NCBI GenBank assembly: GCA_964549615.1
Contig: CAZJVP010000057.1
Location: 1 to 57,116 of the forward strand
DNA length: 57,116 nucleotides
Direction: 5' to 3'
Origin: an uncultured Thermococci archaeon
GTDB lineage: Archaea > CAYQAE01 > CAYVLA01
The position numbers and the translations under genes were made by a program. Each line of letters opens with the position of its first letter. Within the stretch, counting starts at the first letter, position 1. Below the pieces are notes generated by a model, which was not told the DNA's origin, ran no database searches, and was given only the letters and a program-made list of their open reading frames with translations. Positions 28,031 to 37,381 of the stretch are shown piece after piece.

Positions 28031-29803
28031 ATGGCCAACGTCTCCACCCTCGAAGTTCCAGTTGCACCCGCCACCGAAGGAGCCAAACAATCTCACGAAC
28101 ATATGGTTAGAATAGAAAATCTCAATTACACCTACCCTCGAAGCGATAGCCCGGCCCTCCGCGACGTGAACCTTGATATCCATGAAGGAGACGTCGTGCT
28201 CATAACCGGTCCGAGCGGGGCCGGAAAGACAACGCTCCTCAGGCTCATAAACGGTCTCATACCCCATTTCTTCGGGGGCACTTTCAAAGGGTCCGTTGTC
28301 GTCAAAGGATACGACACCAAAAGCCGCGACCCAGGCTTCTTTTCCACCTTCGTCGGTTACCTTTTCCAGAACCCTTCGGCCCATCTGATAGCACCAACCG
28401 TGAAGGAAGAGCTGGCATTCGGTCCCGAGAACCTCGGCGTGCCAGCACACGAGATCCTTGCCAGGATCGAGCGCACTTTGAAAGAGATGGGACTTGAGGG
28501 ATGTGAGGGCAGGAACCCGCACTTCCTTTCTGGAGGGGAGCAACAGGCCGTGGCGCTGGCATCCGTTGTCGTAATGGAACCCAGAATCCTAGTGCTCGAC
28601 GAGCCGACATCAAACCTCGATCCTCTCGGCACCGAACGGGTGATGGCACAGATTCAGAGGCTCGCAAGAGATGGCCGCAGAACGATCTTGATCGTTGAAC
28701 ATAAGTTGGAGGAAACGGCGCACCTGGCGGACAGACTGATCGTCTTGGACGACGGAGCTGTGTTGCTGGATGCACGGCCGAAGGACGCCTTGAACCAAGC
28801 TGAAGAACTGCTCGGTCACGGCGTCAGGATTCCGCAGGTGACGTTGCTCTTCCATCACCTCGTCAGGAAGAGGCTTGTCAACCTCGAGAGCCTTCCGCTA
28901 ACCGTTGAGGAGGCCTATGAACTCTTGGCCGGAAAGCCAAGACGCGCGCCCAGAAAGCCACGCACCGAAGCTACCCAAGGTGGAAAGGAGATCGCCAGGG
29001 CCGTCGACCTCAGCTTCACCTACCCAGATGGCACCGAAGCGCTTAGCGACGTAAACCTCACGATTCGAGAGGGGGAGTTCGTAGGGCTGATAGGTCAGAA
29101 TGCTTCCGGCAAGACGACCTTGGCGAGGCTTTTCAACGGCCTACTTAAGCCCACCAAGGGCAAGGTCTACGTTGACGGAGAGGATACCTCCGAGCACAGC
29201 ACGGCATACCTTGCCACAAAAGTTGGCTACGTCTTCCAGAACCCCGATAGCCAGCTCTTTTGCAGGACCGTCGAGGAAGAGCTGACCTACGGGCCGAGGA
29301 ACCTAAAGTTGGACAGGAAGGTCGTTGCGGAAAGGGTGAGAGAGGTCTCTGAAGCCATCGGCATAACCCACCTTCTCAGGAAAAACCCATTCCAGCTCAG
29401 CCAAGCGGAGAAGCAAAAGGTGGCGGTGGGCTCGGTCTTGACAATGAGGCCCAAGATCCTCATAGTCGACGAGCCCACAACCGGCCAGGACCATTTGTCA
29501 AGCCTCAGGATGATGGAGTTTTACCGCAAGCTGAACAGCCAGGGCGCGACCCTGGTCGTCATAACCCATGACATGAATCTTGCTGCCCAGTACGCCAGCA
29601 GGATCGTAGTGATGCAAAGCGGAAGGATTATCGCTGAAGGGCCGGCGAGGACGGTTTTCGCAAGATCCCAGATCCTGAGGGAGGCCCATCTCAAGCCCCC
29701 ACAGGTTTCGGAGCTTTTTAACCGAGTCTTCAACGGTACTGTGGACTGGACGGTACTTACGGTCGAGGAGGCTTTGGAGGCCTTTGAGGAGGCGCTAGCC
29801 TGA
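28031..29803 (+). CDS. ECF transporter ATPase with two fused ABC domains (EcfAA')
   Basis: GPSGAGKT/LSGGEQQ/LDEPTSNLD and GQNASGKT/LSQAEKQK/VDEPTTGQD; ATG after GAGGTG. Confidence 0.93.
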   Translation: MANVSTLEVPVAPATEGAKQSHEHMVRIENLNYTYPRSDSPALRDVNLDIHEGDVVLITGPSGAGKTTLLRLINGLIPHFFGGTFKGSVVVKGYDTKSRDPGFFSTFVGYLFQNPSAHLIAPTVKEELAFGPENLGVPAHEILARIERTLKEMGLEGCEGRNPHFLSGGEQQAVALASVVVMEPRILVLDEPTSNLDPLGTERVMAQIQRLARDGRRTILIVEHKLEETAHLADRLIVLDDGAVLLDARPKDALNQAEELLGHGVRIPQVTLLFHHLVRKRLVNLESLPLTVEEAYELLAGKPRRAPRKPRTEATQGGKEIARAVDLSFTYPDGTEALSDVNLTIREGEFVGLIGQNASGKTTLARLFNGLLKPTKGKVYVDGEDTSEHSTAYLATKVGYVFQNPDSQLFCRTVEEELTYGPRNLKLDRKVVAERVREVSEAIGITHLLRKNPFQLSQAEKQKVAVGSVLTMRPKILIVDEPTTGQDHLSSLRMMEFYRKLNSQGATLVVITHDMNLAAQYASRIVVMQSGRIIAEGPARTVFARSQILREAHLKPPQVSELFNRVFNGTVDWTVLTVEEALEAFEEALA

Positions 29804-29812
29804 AAGACAGGG

Positions 29813-29938
29813 GTGACCCCGGTGCAATGGCTGCCACTTAAGCCACCATGGAGTTGGCTCGCCGTAGCGGTCATCGTCGTGCTAACGATCTTGGTGGTCT
29901 ACTATGGCAACTCCAGGTGGAGAGGAAGCGGGAAATAG
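29813..29938 (+). CDS. 41-aa single-TM micro-protein inside the ECF operon
   Basis: Own translation from GTG: MTPVQWLPLKPPWSWLAVAVIVVLTILVVYYGNSRWRGSGK*; fills the gap between the ATPase and EcfT. Confidence 0.55.
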   Translation: MTPVQWLPLKPPWSWLAVAVIVVLTILVVYYGNSRWRGSGK

Positions 29939-29955
29939 CGCAGGATGGGCCAAGA

Positions 29956-30792
29956 ATGGCGTTTGAATATTTCGAGGGCGATTCCCTCCTTCACAGGCTA
30001 GATCCAAGAGTCAAGATCGTACTCTACCTCACGTTCACGCTCTTCGCCATCGTCTACTCAGATCCGATCGTGTTGGGCGTCGTCTACCTGTTAGCGTTGG
30101 GGACCATAAAGGCGGCTGGAATACCCCTGAGGAAGATGGCGCCCGCACTCAAGGCGATTCTTCCGTTCCTAGTCGTCTACCCGCTCTTCAACATCTTTGG
30201 CTATAGGGGCGGGTTCGGGATGCAGTACTCGCTGGGGAGATTTCTTTTCTGGAACATATACCTCGAGGCACTGGTCTACAGCATCGGGGTGGAGCTGAAG
30301 GTTCTCATCATCGTAACCGTCCTCAACGTCGTGCTCTACGTTACCCCCATAAGTCGTCTGGTAGGCTCCCTCGCCAAGTGGAGGATGCCAGCTGATTTCA
30401 TCGTCGCTCTTTCGATAGGGTTTAGCTATGTACCAGTTCTGATGAACGAGGTGAGGGAGACCCTGAACGCGCAAGAGGCGAGAGGGTTTAGCCACAGGTC
30501 AAGAAACCCGGTGAGGCTTCTGCTCAACTACATCCCCGTGATCATGCCATCGTTCATGAGCGCCTTCAGAAGAGCCCAGGACATAGCCCTGAGCATCGAG
30601 ACTAGGGGATTCGGCTACAGCCTCGGCAAGAGAACCTCGATAACCCAAACGAAATTCGGTCGCGACGACTGGCCAGTCATGGCCACGCTTCTCGCTGCGA
30701 TCGGAGTCGCCCTCGTCACCGGACAATGGGGGCTCGACCTGGGTGACTTCAGGTTCAGCTTGAACTTCTTCAGGATCTTGCTGCGCATGTAG
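29956..30792 (+). CDS. ecfT: ECF transporter transmembrane component T
   Basis: SLLHRLDPRVK; AQEARG and IETRGF coupling motifs. Confidence 0.92.
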   Translation: MAFEYFEGDSLLHRLDPRVKIVLYLTFTLFAIVYSDPIVLGVVYLLALGTIKAAGIPLRKMAPALKAILPFLVVYPLFNIFGYRGGFGMQYSLGRFLFWNIYLEALVYSIGVELKVLIIVTVLNVVLYVTPISRLVGSLAKWRMPADFIVALSIGFSYVPVLMNEVRETLNAQEARGFSHRSRNPVRLLLNYIPVIMPSFMSAFRRAQDIALSIETRGFGYSLGKRTSITQTKFGRDDWPVMATLLAAIGVALVTGQWGLDLGDFRFSLNFFRILLRM

Positions 30793-30818
30793 GGAGTCGC
30801 AATGGGAGGAATCGTGCC

Positions 30819-31481
30819 GTGGAACAGAGAAGGAGACTCATAACATCTAGGCAGGTGGGCTTGGCCGCCGCTCTGGGAGGCCTTGCCTTTGCGTGGAGGG
30901 CCCTCGGCCTAAACATACCCTGGGTCCCGCCTTTCGTCGTCGACCTAGGCCATACCATAGTGCTCCTCGGGTCTTTTGCCGGAGGACCTTATGTCACAGC
31001 TGCAATTGCGATCCTGATAGGGATACCCTCGTGGGATACCTGGATAGACATGCTCGGCTACTTCATCACAGGGCTCGGGTTGTGTTTCCTCGCGAAGACG
31101 ATCTGGAAGCATAGAAACAGCTTCGGCGGCCACCTTCTCATATGGCTCTACTCAGCAACTGCATCCTACATAGTGGCCCCTGCGTACTGGTTACTGATGT
31201 TCGACAACGTTCTCCACCTCATACCATTCAAAGCCACCCTCTTGGTCGTCTGGTCCCCAGCCGGCGACGCCCTCCCGTACACCCTGCTCAAAGCCATACC
31301 TCTGAGCATTGCCCTCGTATCAGCGCCCCACTATATGGAGCCAAGATGGAAATGGAGAGGCGGAGAGCAGGTGGTTTCGGAGGAAAGCAGGGTCGGATGG
31401 AGCAAGCAGGATGTGTTGGGGATTGCCCTTTACCTACTCATGATACTGGCGGCAGTGGGCGTGATTCTGATCAAATGGTAA
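30819..31481 (+). CDS. ECF transporter substrate-specific S component (substrate unknown)
   Basis: ITSRQVGLAAALGGL N-terminal AxxxA-type motif, SFAGGP, about 6 TM plus an extra C-terminal TM; directly follows ecfT. Confidence 0.75.
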   Translation: MEQRRRLITSRQVGLAAALGGLAFAWRALGLNIPWVPPFVVDLGHTIVLLGSFAGGPYVTAAIAILIGIPSWDTWIDMLGYFITGLGLCFLAKTIWKHRNSFGGHLLIWLYSATASYIVAPAYWLLMFDNVLHLIPFKATLLVVWSPAGDALPYTLLKAIPLSIALVSAPHYMEPRWKWRGGEQVVSEESRVGWSKQDVLGIALYLLMILAAVGVILIKW

Positions 31482-31502
31482 GACGCCCGGCTCTTAGCGC
31501 CG

Positions 31503-31605
31503 ACACCTCCACGCTGGATGGCACCGCCGAACCACCTTTCAACACCGGAAAGGTCGGCCCAAGCCTGATCTGTGGGCTGTGTCCATCCATAGACTCGCTA
31601 GGTGT
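31503..31605 (+). ncRNA. Candidate structured cis-element (multi-stem junction) between the S component and pantothenate kinase
   Basis: Nested pairings: ACACCT/AGGTGT, TGGATGG/CCATCCA, ACCTTTC/GAAAGGT, GCCCA/TGGGC. Confidence 0.3.
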
Positions 31606-31740
31606 GCTTGAGAAGAAGGTTCCCGGCTTTCTTGGACGCAGGGACGTTCACTGCCTCCAGTTCGCTTGCCTTTCCGGGGCAGCCTTTTCGGAGCTCTCCT
31701 GGGGAAGAGATAAATCCTGTGGCAACAACGAGGAGGTCGA

Positions 31741-32559
31741 ATGATCGTAGGGATAGACATCGGAGGAAGCACCACGAAGGCGGTTGCCTATCGCAACGGG
31801 ATGGTCGGGAAGACCTCCGTCACAACGACCGACCCCTATGCAGCGGCCGCAGGTGCACTGGCGAAACTCTTCATCGATATCGGTAAAGGCCTGAGCGATG
31901 TCCAACGTATAGCTGTTACTGGAGGAGGATCCCGCGCCATGGCACCCGACCTCCTCGGCCTTCCCGTGTGCAAGGTGGACGAGATGCGGGCCATCGGACT
32001 CGGGGGAATCGAGCTGACGGGAAAGAAGCAAGCTCTCGTGGTCAGCATGGGCACGGGGACGGCGATCCTCGCCGTCAGGGACGGAGGAAGACGGGTACAG
32101 CATGTCGCAGGTACCGCTGTCGGAGGCGGTACTTTGATGGGCCTTGCAAGATGCATTCTCAACAAGTACGAGATAGGCAGCCTCTGGAAGCTGGCCAAGG
32201 ACGGAGATCTCAGGAAGGTTGACCTATCCGTCAAGGATATCGCTGGCGGGTCGGTGGGATTCCTTCCTGAGAATGCGACCGCGTCCAACTTCGGGAAGGT
32301 CACGGATGACGCCTCGGAGGCCGATTTCGCGCTCGGCGTCATCAACATGGTCGGACAAGTGATCGGAACCATTGCGTGCCTGGCCGCAAAGGCAAATGGC
32401 CTCGAGCAGGACGTTGTCCTGGTCGGCAAGGTTGCTGCGAACAAGGAGATCACCGACGTCATGCAGGGCGTGGGGGCGCTCTACGGAGTCAAGATGGTGG
32501 TTCCGCGGGACCCGGACTTCTGCACGGCCCTTGGCGCGGCCATGGCCGTCCTTAAGTAG
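31741..32559 (+). CDS. coaW: Type II pantothenate kinase (Fumble/CoaW-like, ASKHA fold)
   Basis: GIDIGGSTTK, AVTGGG, VDEM, VSMGTGT, GTAVGGGTLMGL, GD...VDLSVKDI, TASNFGK, ALGA; GAGGAGGT SD. Confidence 0.85.
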   Translation: MIVGIDIGGSTTKAVAYRNGMVGKTSVTTTDPYAAAAGALAKLFIDIGKGLSDVQRIAVTGGGSRAMAPDLLGLPVCKVDEMRAIGLGGIELTGKKQALVVSMGTGTAILAVRDGGRRVQHVAGTAVGGGTLMGLARCILNKYEIGSLWKLAKDGDLRKVDLSVKDIAGGSVGFLPENATASNFGKVTDDASEADFALGVINMVGQVIGTIACLAAKANGLEQDVVLVGKVAANKEITDVMQGVGALYGVKMVVPRDPDFCTALGAAMAVLK

Positions 32560-32651
32560 ATCGCTCGCTGGGCACCAGAGATTCGCAGTCACCGGTCGCC
32601 AGCACCAAACAGCCAAATAGCCTTTTATTTTGGCTGCAGTCACCGGGTCAT

Positions 32652-33599
32652 GTGGCGGGCCTGGATCTGCTTGTCGTGGGCGACGCAATGGTGGACCTGA
32701 CGGTGAAGCCACCTCCGAGCCGCAAGGGAGGCGCCTATCCATCCACGATCGTTGTTTCGCCGGGCGGCCTAGGCAATGTTGCGGCTGCCGCGGCTGATTG
32801 CGGGGCGCGGGTGGGCTTCGCCGGCAGGGTTGGAAAGGATGTCCTTGGCGAGATGTACATCCGGGACTTGCGCTCGAACGGCGTCCGCAGCTTCGTGCGC
32901 AGATCCCACCTTCCCACCGGGATCTGCATCAACTTCATCCACCCGGGCGGCGAGCGGACCATGTACACGACCCGCGGGGCAAACGACCTGCTCGTCTCGC
33001 GGGACGTCCCCGACTCCCTACTTCGCCTGACCAGAATGGTCTTCGTGTCGGGTTTCTCTATGGAGACTGCCAAATCTGCGACGGAGATCGAGAAGGTATG
33101 CAATAGGGCAAAGGCCCGGGGCAGCCAGGTAGCGGTCGGAGGAGGGGCGTTCAACATAATAACGAGGAGGCGGGAACGCTTCCGTCGAATGATATCCAGC
33201 AATGCTGACATTCTCGTGCTCAATCAAAAGGAGGCCCTCGCCCTCAGTGGCAAGACCGCTGTGAGGCCTGCACTGGACGCACTGCAAGCCCTCGTTGGGT
33301 TCCTCGTTGTCACTCTAGGTCGGCGTGGTAGCATACTTTGCCGCAATGGTTCTGTGACCCGCATTCCTGCTCCTCGGTCACCGGGAAGGGCCATTGATAC
33401 GACGGGCGCCGGGGACGTTTTCGCGGGGACCCTTCTTGCGGGGCTTCTCCTAGGGAAGGGCGCCATCGAAAGCATAAGGCAGGCCCATATCCGGGCGGGC
33501 AAGAGCGTCGCCCACCTGGGGCCCAGGCCGCCCCGATGGCCGTCGGAACGCAGCATCAGACCCGTTTGCCCGCCAAACAGCACAACATGGCCGTTTTGA
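32652..33599 (+). CDS. PfkB/ribokinase-family carbohydrate kinase
   Basis: VVGDAMVD, PGG..NVA, GRVGKD..G, GERTM, LNQKEA, VTLGRRG, DTTGAGDVFAG. Confidence 0.92.
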   Translation: MAGLDLLVVGDAMVDLTVKPPPSRKGGAYPSTIVVSPGGLGNVAAAAADCGARVGFAGRVGKDVLGEMYIRDLRSNGVRSFVRRSHLPTGICINFIHPGGERTMYTTRGANDLLVSRDVPDSLLRLTRMVFVSGFSMETAKSATEIEKVCNRAKARGSQVAVGGGAFNIITRRRERFRRMISSNADILVLNQKEALALSGKTAVRPALDALQALVGFLVVTLGRRGSILCRNGSVTRIPAPRSPGRAIDTTGAGDVFAGTLLAGLLLGKGAIESIRQAHIRAGKSVAHLGPRPPRWPSERSIRPVCPPNSTTWPF

Positions 33600-33792
33600 A
33601 AAGAATTGCGAGCTCTCTCGGCGTGGAAGTGTTGATCACAAGGCGCTCCAGCATTGGGGCCCCTGCGCTCCAGGCCCCCAGGAATTCCTTGCAAGAAACC
33701 AGGACCGGTCAGAAGGATTTGAAAGCAGTGATTAGCCGAAACAAGGCAGAAAACAACACCCTTTTCTTACTCTAACAGCCACCCAATTCCTA

Positions 33793-34116
33793 TTGAAGCG
33801 GGTTGAGATCCGTCAGAAACGCATAGTGATAAGCGACATAAGGGACATGGAAGAGAGGGCTGCGTCCCCGGCCTTGGTGAAGGCGCTGGCGTCTCGCGTT
33901 CAGAGGGTGCTGAGGGAGCTGGGCCTCACCGCAATTGTTAGGGTCGGAAGGAATCCTGATATTCCGCACAGAAGGCCACGCAAAGCCCGGCATGGAGGCC
34001 AATTCTCAGCCAAGGCGCGCGTAGCCGCGCCACTCTCCCGGCCGACACAAGCCTCCGACACGGTCCTAAGACCCAGACCCGCCATGAGAACTGGGGCGGA
34101 GGAGACACGCCAATGA
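33793..34116 (+). CDS. Hypothetical basic protein
   Basis: 107-aa ORF overlapping the next gene (ATGA); Arg-rich, no motif. Confidence 0.35.
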   Translation: MKRVEIRQKRIVISDIRDMEERAASPALVKALASRVQRVLRELGLTAIVRVGRNPDIPHRRPRKARHGGQFSAKARVAAPLSRPTQASDTVLRPRPAMRTGAEETRQ

Positions 34117-34721
34117 TGGGCTCAGCGCATGTGGAGCGAAACGGCAGGTATGCCGTGACCGCCCTCATGGCTATCTTGGCTTTCGTGGTGATGGCCCGGC
34201 TTGTGATGCTGACCCTGGTGACCCCGGTCATCGCGATCATCCTCATCTGGATGATCGTCGTTCCGATCTCCTATAGGGCGCTGGCCGAAGAGCCGGCCCT
34301 ACAGGGCCTACCGGAGCTGCCCGCGCCTCCGCCCGGACTCAACTGGCAGAAAGCGCTCCCGAGGAGGAAGAGACCTGCCAGGAACGCCCCGCGCCACGCA
34401 CCTGTAAATCATATCAAGCGCGTCCTGAGCGAGCTTGGATACAGGTGCGCGCCCTCGCACGATTCAAAGGTATCCCTGATTGCCCGTTCCGCGGATGGCG
34501 CAAGCGTAGTTGTCAAGATATGCGAGGGGCAGGCCGGAGTGTTGGCATGCCAAGACGCGCTCAAAGCCATGCTTAAGGTTGGCGCCCACGAGGCGATCGT
34601 GTTTGCGCCAAACGGTCCCACCCCAACTGCGAGTCGCTTCCTTCGTCAGATCAGGTCGAGAAGAGGCGTGCGAATACGGATCTGGAGCGACGCCAATCTG
34701 GCAAGGCCCGCGCGGCGGTAG
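34113..34721 (+). CDS. Membrane-anchored Mrr-like (PD-(D/E)xK restriction-endonuclease fold) protein, degenerate active site
   Basis: Two N-terminal TM, Pro-rich linker, then LSELGY...VSLIAR...VVVKI...AGVLACQDALKAM...AHEAIVFAPNGPTPTA matching the Mrr_cat layout. Confidence 0.6.
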   Translation: MMGSAHVERNGRYAVTALMAILAFVVMARLVMLTLVTPVIAIILIWMIVVPISYRALAEEPALQGLPELPAPPPGLNWQKALPRRKRPARNAPRHAPVNHIKRVLSELGYRCAPSHDSKVSLIARSADGASVVVKICEGQAGVLACQDALKAMLKVGAHEAIVFAPNGPTPTASRFLRQIRSRRGVRIRIWSDANLARPARR

Positions 34722-34791
34722 CGGGACAGGGATCTTGGGCGCAGGGAAAGAAAGAATAGGCACCTCGTATTAGGGCGGTTGCGGTCCGACG

Positions 34792-36549
34792 ATGCTTTAC
34801 GAGGTCCTTTCCGACACCTTCCGGAGAGTAGAGGAGACTTCCAAGCGGCTGGAGATGACAAGCTATCTCGTCGAGCTCCTCAAGAAAAGCCCCCCGGATG
34901 AGATCGACAAGGTCTGCTACCTCTCAACTGGCGAGCTCCATCCTCCCTATCTTGGCATCGAGCTCGGTGTTGCGGAGAAGCTCGCCATAAGGGCCATATC
35001 CGAAGCATCCGGCATAGACACAAGGGAAGTCGTGCAGAGTTACAAGGTCAGCGGCGACCTTGGAAAGACCGTGGAGGAGATCCTCAAGAACCGGCCCCAG
35101 AGAACGCTTTCCAACCAGAGACTCACCGTCGCGCGCGTCTACGATACCCTAGACCGGATTGCCAGGGCGTCCGGCAAGGGAACCCAGGAGACCAAGATCC
35201 GTCTGCTCAGCAGCATGGTTAACGATGCCACCCCACAGGAGGCAAAGTATATCGTCAGAACGGTCGTTGGAAAACTCAGGCTAGGGATAGCCGACATGAC
35301 CCTTCTCGACGCCCTTTCGATCGCCTACGGGCAGGGAAAGCAATCAAGGCCCGACATAGAAAGGGCCTACAACCTCTCCTCCGACATCGGCTACGTCGCG
35401 CGGCTGCTCGCGGAGGGGGGCGTCGAGGCAGTGAGGAACTACAGGATAACGCTGGGCAGGCCCATCAAGCCCCAGATGGCCGAACGCCTCAAAACCCTCG
35501 ATGAAATCATGGAGAAGCTTGGCGGCAGATGCGCGGCCGAGTATAAGTACGATGGCCTTCGCATGCAAGCCCATATCTCGCCGGACCAGATCCACATTTT
35601 CTCAAGGAGACAGGAGAACATAACCGGCCAGTTTCCCGACATCGTCGAAGGGCTGAAGAAGTCGATCAAGGCCGACACGGCCATTCTGGATGGAGAATGT
35701 GTGCCCGTGGACCCGAACACGGGCGAACTCATGCCCTTCCAAGTTGTCTCCCAGAGGAGGGGCAGGAAGTACGAGATCCAGAGGATGACCGAGGAGGTTC
35801 CGGTCGTCCTCTTCCTCTTCGACGCCCTCCTCGTGGACGGAGAGGACCTCACGAGGAAGGACTACCTGTCAAGAACGGCACGCCTTTCCGACATAGTCAA
35901 GGAGAGCGAAACGGTCCGGATCGCAACCCGGCTCATATCGGATAATCCGGCCGAGATCGAGGCCTTCTTCGAAAAGGCGATCAACGAGGGCACGGAAGGC
36001 CTCGTCTGCAAATCCGTTTCCCCCGAAAGCGCGTACGAGGCGGGCAAGAGAGGCTGGATGTGGATCAAGTGGAAGAGATCCTACCGATCCGAGATGGCCG
36101 ACACCGTCGACCTGGTCGTCGTCGGGGCTTTCGCGGGCAGGGGTAGACGGGCAGGAACGTATGGTGCGCTACTCATGGCAGCCTACAACGACGAAGACGG
36201 CACTTTCGATACAACGTGCAAGCTGGGAAGCGGCTTCACCGACGAGGAGCTGTCGAGGTTGCCCAAGATGCTCGAGCCCTTCGTCACTCCCAGAAGGGAT
36301 CCCAGGATAAACGCACTGCTCGAGCCCGACGTGTGGGTCTCCCCGCGCATCGTCCTAGAGGTAATAGGCGATGAGATAACGCTCTCGCCGGTCCACACCT
36401 GCGCCTTCAATTCGATTAGGAAGGGTAGTGGATTGGCGATAAGGTTCCCCAGGCTCGTCAAGCGGAGGGAGGATCGTGGCCCCGAGGACGCTACGACCGT
36501 GAAGGAGCTGACGGAACTCTACCGCATGCAGCTCAAGCAGATCGCTTGA
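34792..36549 (+). CDS. lig: ATP-dependent DNA ligase (archaeal type)
   Basis: EYKYDGLRMQAH (motif I), FSRR.ENIT.QFPD, ILDGE, FDAL, EGLVCK, YEAGKRGWMWIKWK, DLVVVGA, EITLSPVH, IRFPR. Confidence 0.97.
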   Translation: MLYEVLSDTFRRVEETSKRLEMTSYLVELLKKSPPDEIDKVCYLSTGELHPPYLGIELGVAEKLAIRAISEASGIDTREVVQSYKVSGDLGKTVEEILKNRPQRTLSNQRLTVARVYDTLDRIARASGKGTQETKIRLLSSMVNDATPQEAKYIVRTVVGKLRLGIADMTLLDALSIAYGQGKQSRPDIERAYNLSSDIGYVARLLAEGGVEAVRNYRITLGRPIKPQMAERLKTLDEIMEKLGGRCAAEYKYDGLRMQAHISPDQIHIFSRRQENITGQFPDIVEGLKKSIKADTAILDGECVPVDPNTGELMPFQVVSQRRGRKYEIQRMTEEVPVVLFLFDALLVDGEDLTRKDYLSRTARLSDIVKESETVRIATRLISDNPAEIEAFFEKAINEGTEGLVCKSVSPESAYEAGKRGWMWIKWKRSYRSEMADTVDLVVVGAFAGRGRRAGTYGALLMAAYNDEDGTFDTTCKLGSGFTDEELSRLPKMLEPFVTPRRDPRINALLEPDVWVSPRIVLEVIGDEITLSPVHTCAFNSIRKGSGLAIRFPRLVKRREDRGPEDATTVKELTELYRMQLKQIA

Positions 36550-36698
36550 CCGTCCTTCCCAAATGCTGTCCCAAGGTCCATAGTTTCCTCCTTCAAACCG
36601 GCAGAGCGGGGCGCCGATCATGCAACGCTCAAGAACTCAACGAGCGGGGACCGCCGCGGAATGGAGCAAGAAATCTTCGGGGGCGCACCGGCCGCGAG

Positions 36699-37343
36699 CT
36701 AAGCCGCGCAGCTTGCCAGCGCTGCCGCCGTCCCGATCCCATTCTCTGACAGAAGCCATATGACGAAGGCAGTCAGGATGCCCACCAGGAGCATGCGCGC
36801 GCCGCTTATGGCGATGCTCTCTTGGGATATGTGCCCGAGATAGGCCCCCAGGAAGACCAGCGTGGCAAATACGAGGACCAGGGAGGCAGCTAGCGCTGAT
36901 TCAAAGCCAAATAGGCCGAAATGACAGAGGATGAAGGGGATCACGGCCACGAAGGCGGTCAGCGCCGGCGACGCACCGTCGACGAAGGCAGCCCAGAACG
37001 AGACGAAACTCGAAGCTGTGTCCCACACCGTCTCGTCCAGTTGCGTCACCATCGCGCGCTCCAGTCTCTTTAGCTGGCGTGTCCTCTCGGCCCGCTCTGT
37101 CAAGTAAGTCCCAAAGAAGCCCGACATCCCCATGGCAAGGCTTGCACCCACACCAGCGCCGATCACGACCCGAGGCTCGCGGACGCGGAGGAAAGAGGTG
37201 CCCAGAACGATCCCGAGTATCGTGAGAGAGCCGTCGAACGCATTCATCACGAAGTATCTTCGAGCTATCTCATCGGCCTCGGTTATCCTCACGTACCTTC
37301 TAAACTGGCCTATTCTGTCCCCGATTCCTTTCCAAAGGACCAT
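36699..37343 (-). CDS. VIT1/CCC1-family membrane protein
   Basis: IARRYFVMNAFDGSLTILG, AMGMSGFFGTYLTERAE; paired with DUF211 as commonly seen in archaea. Confidence 0.85.
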   Translation of the reverse strand: MVLWKGIGDRIGQFRRYVRITEADEIARRYFVMNAFDGSLTILGIVLGTSFLRVREPRVVIGAGVGASLAMGMSGFFGTYLTERAERTRQLKRLERAMVTQLDETVWDTASSFVSFWAAFVDGASPALTAFVAVIPFILCHFGLFGFESALAASLVLVFATLVFLGAYLGHISQESIAISGARMLLVGILTAFVIWLLSENGIGTAAALASCAA

Positions 37344-37381
37344 CTAGTGGTCTCTCCGCCCGCCGACGCGGGAACGCGCCG

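Noticed and set aside
27846-28067. N-terminal extension of PhoU in the ORF track
   Set aside because: Runs through the AT-rich divergent promoter and into the ECF ATPase start; homology starts at METRYLQ
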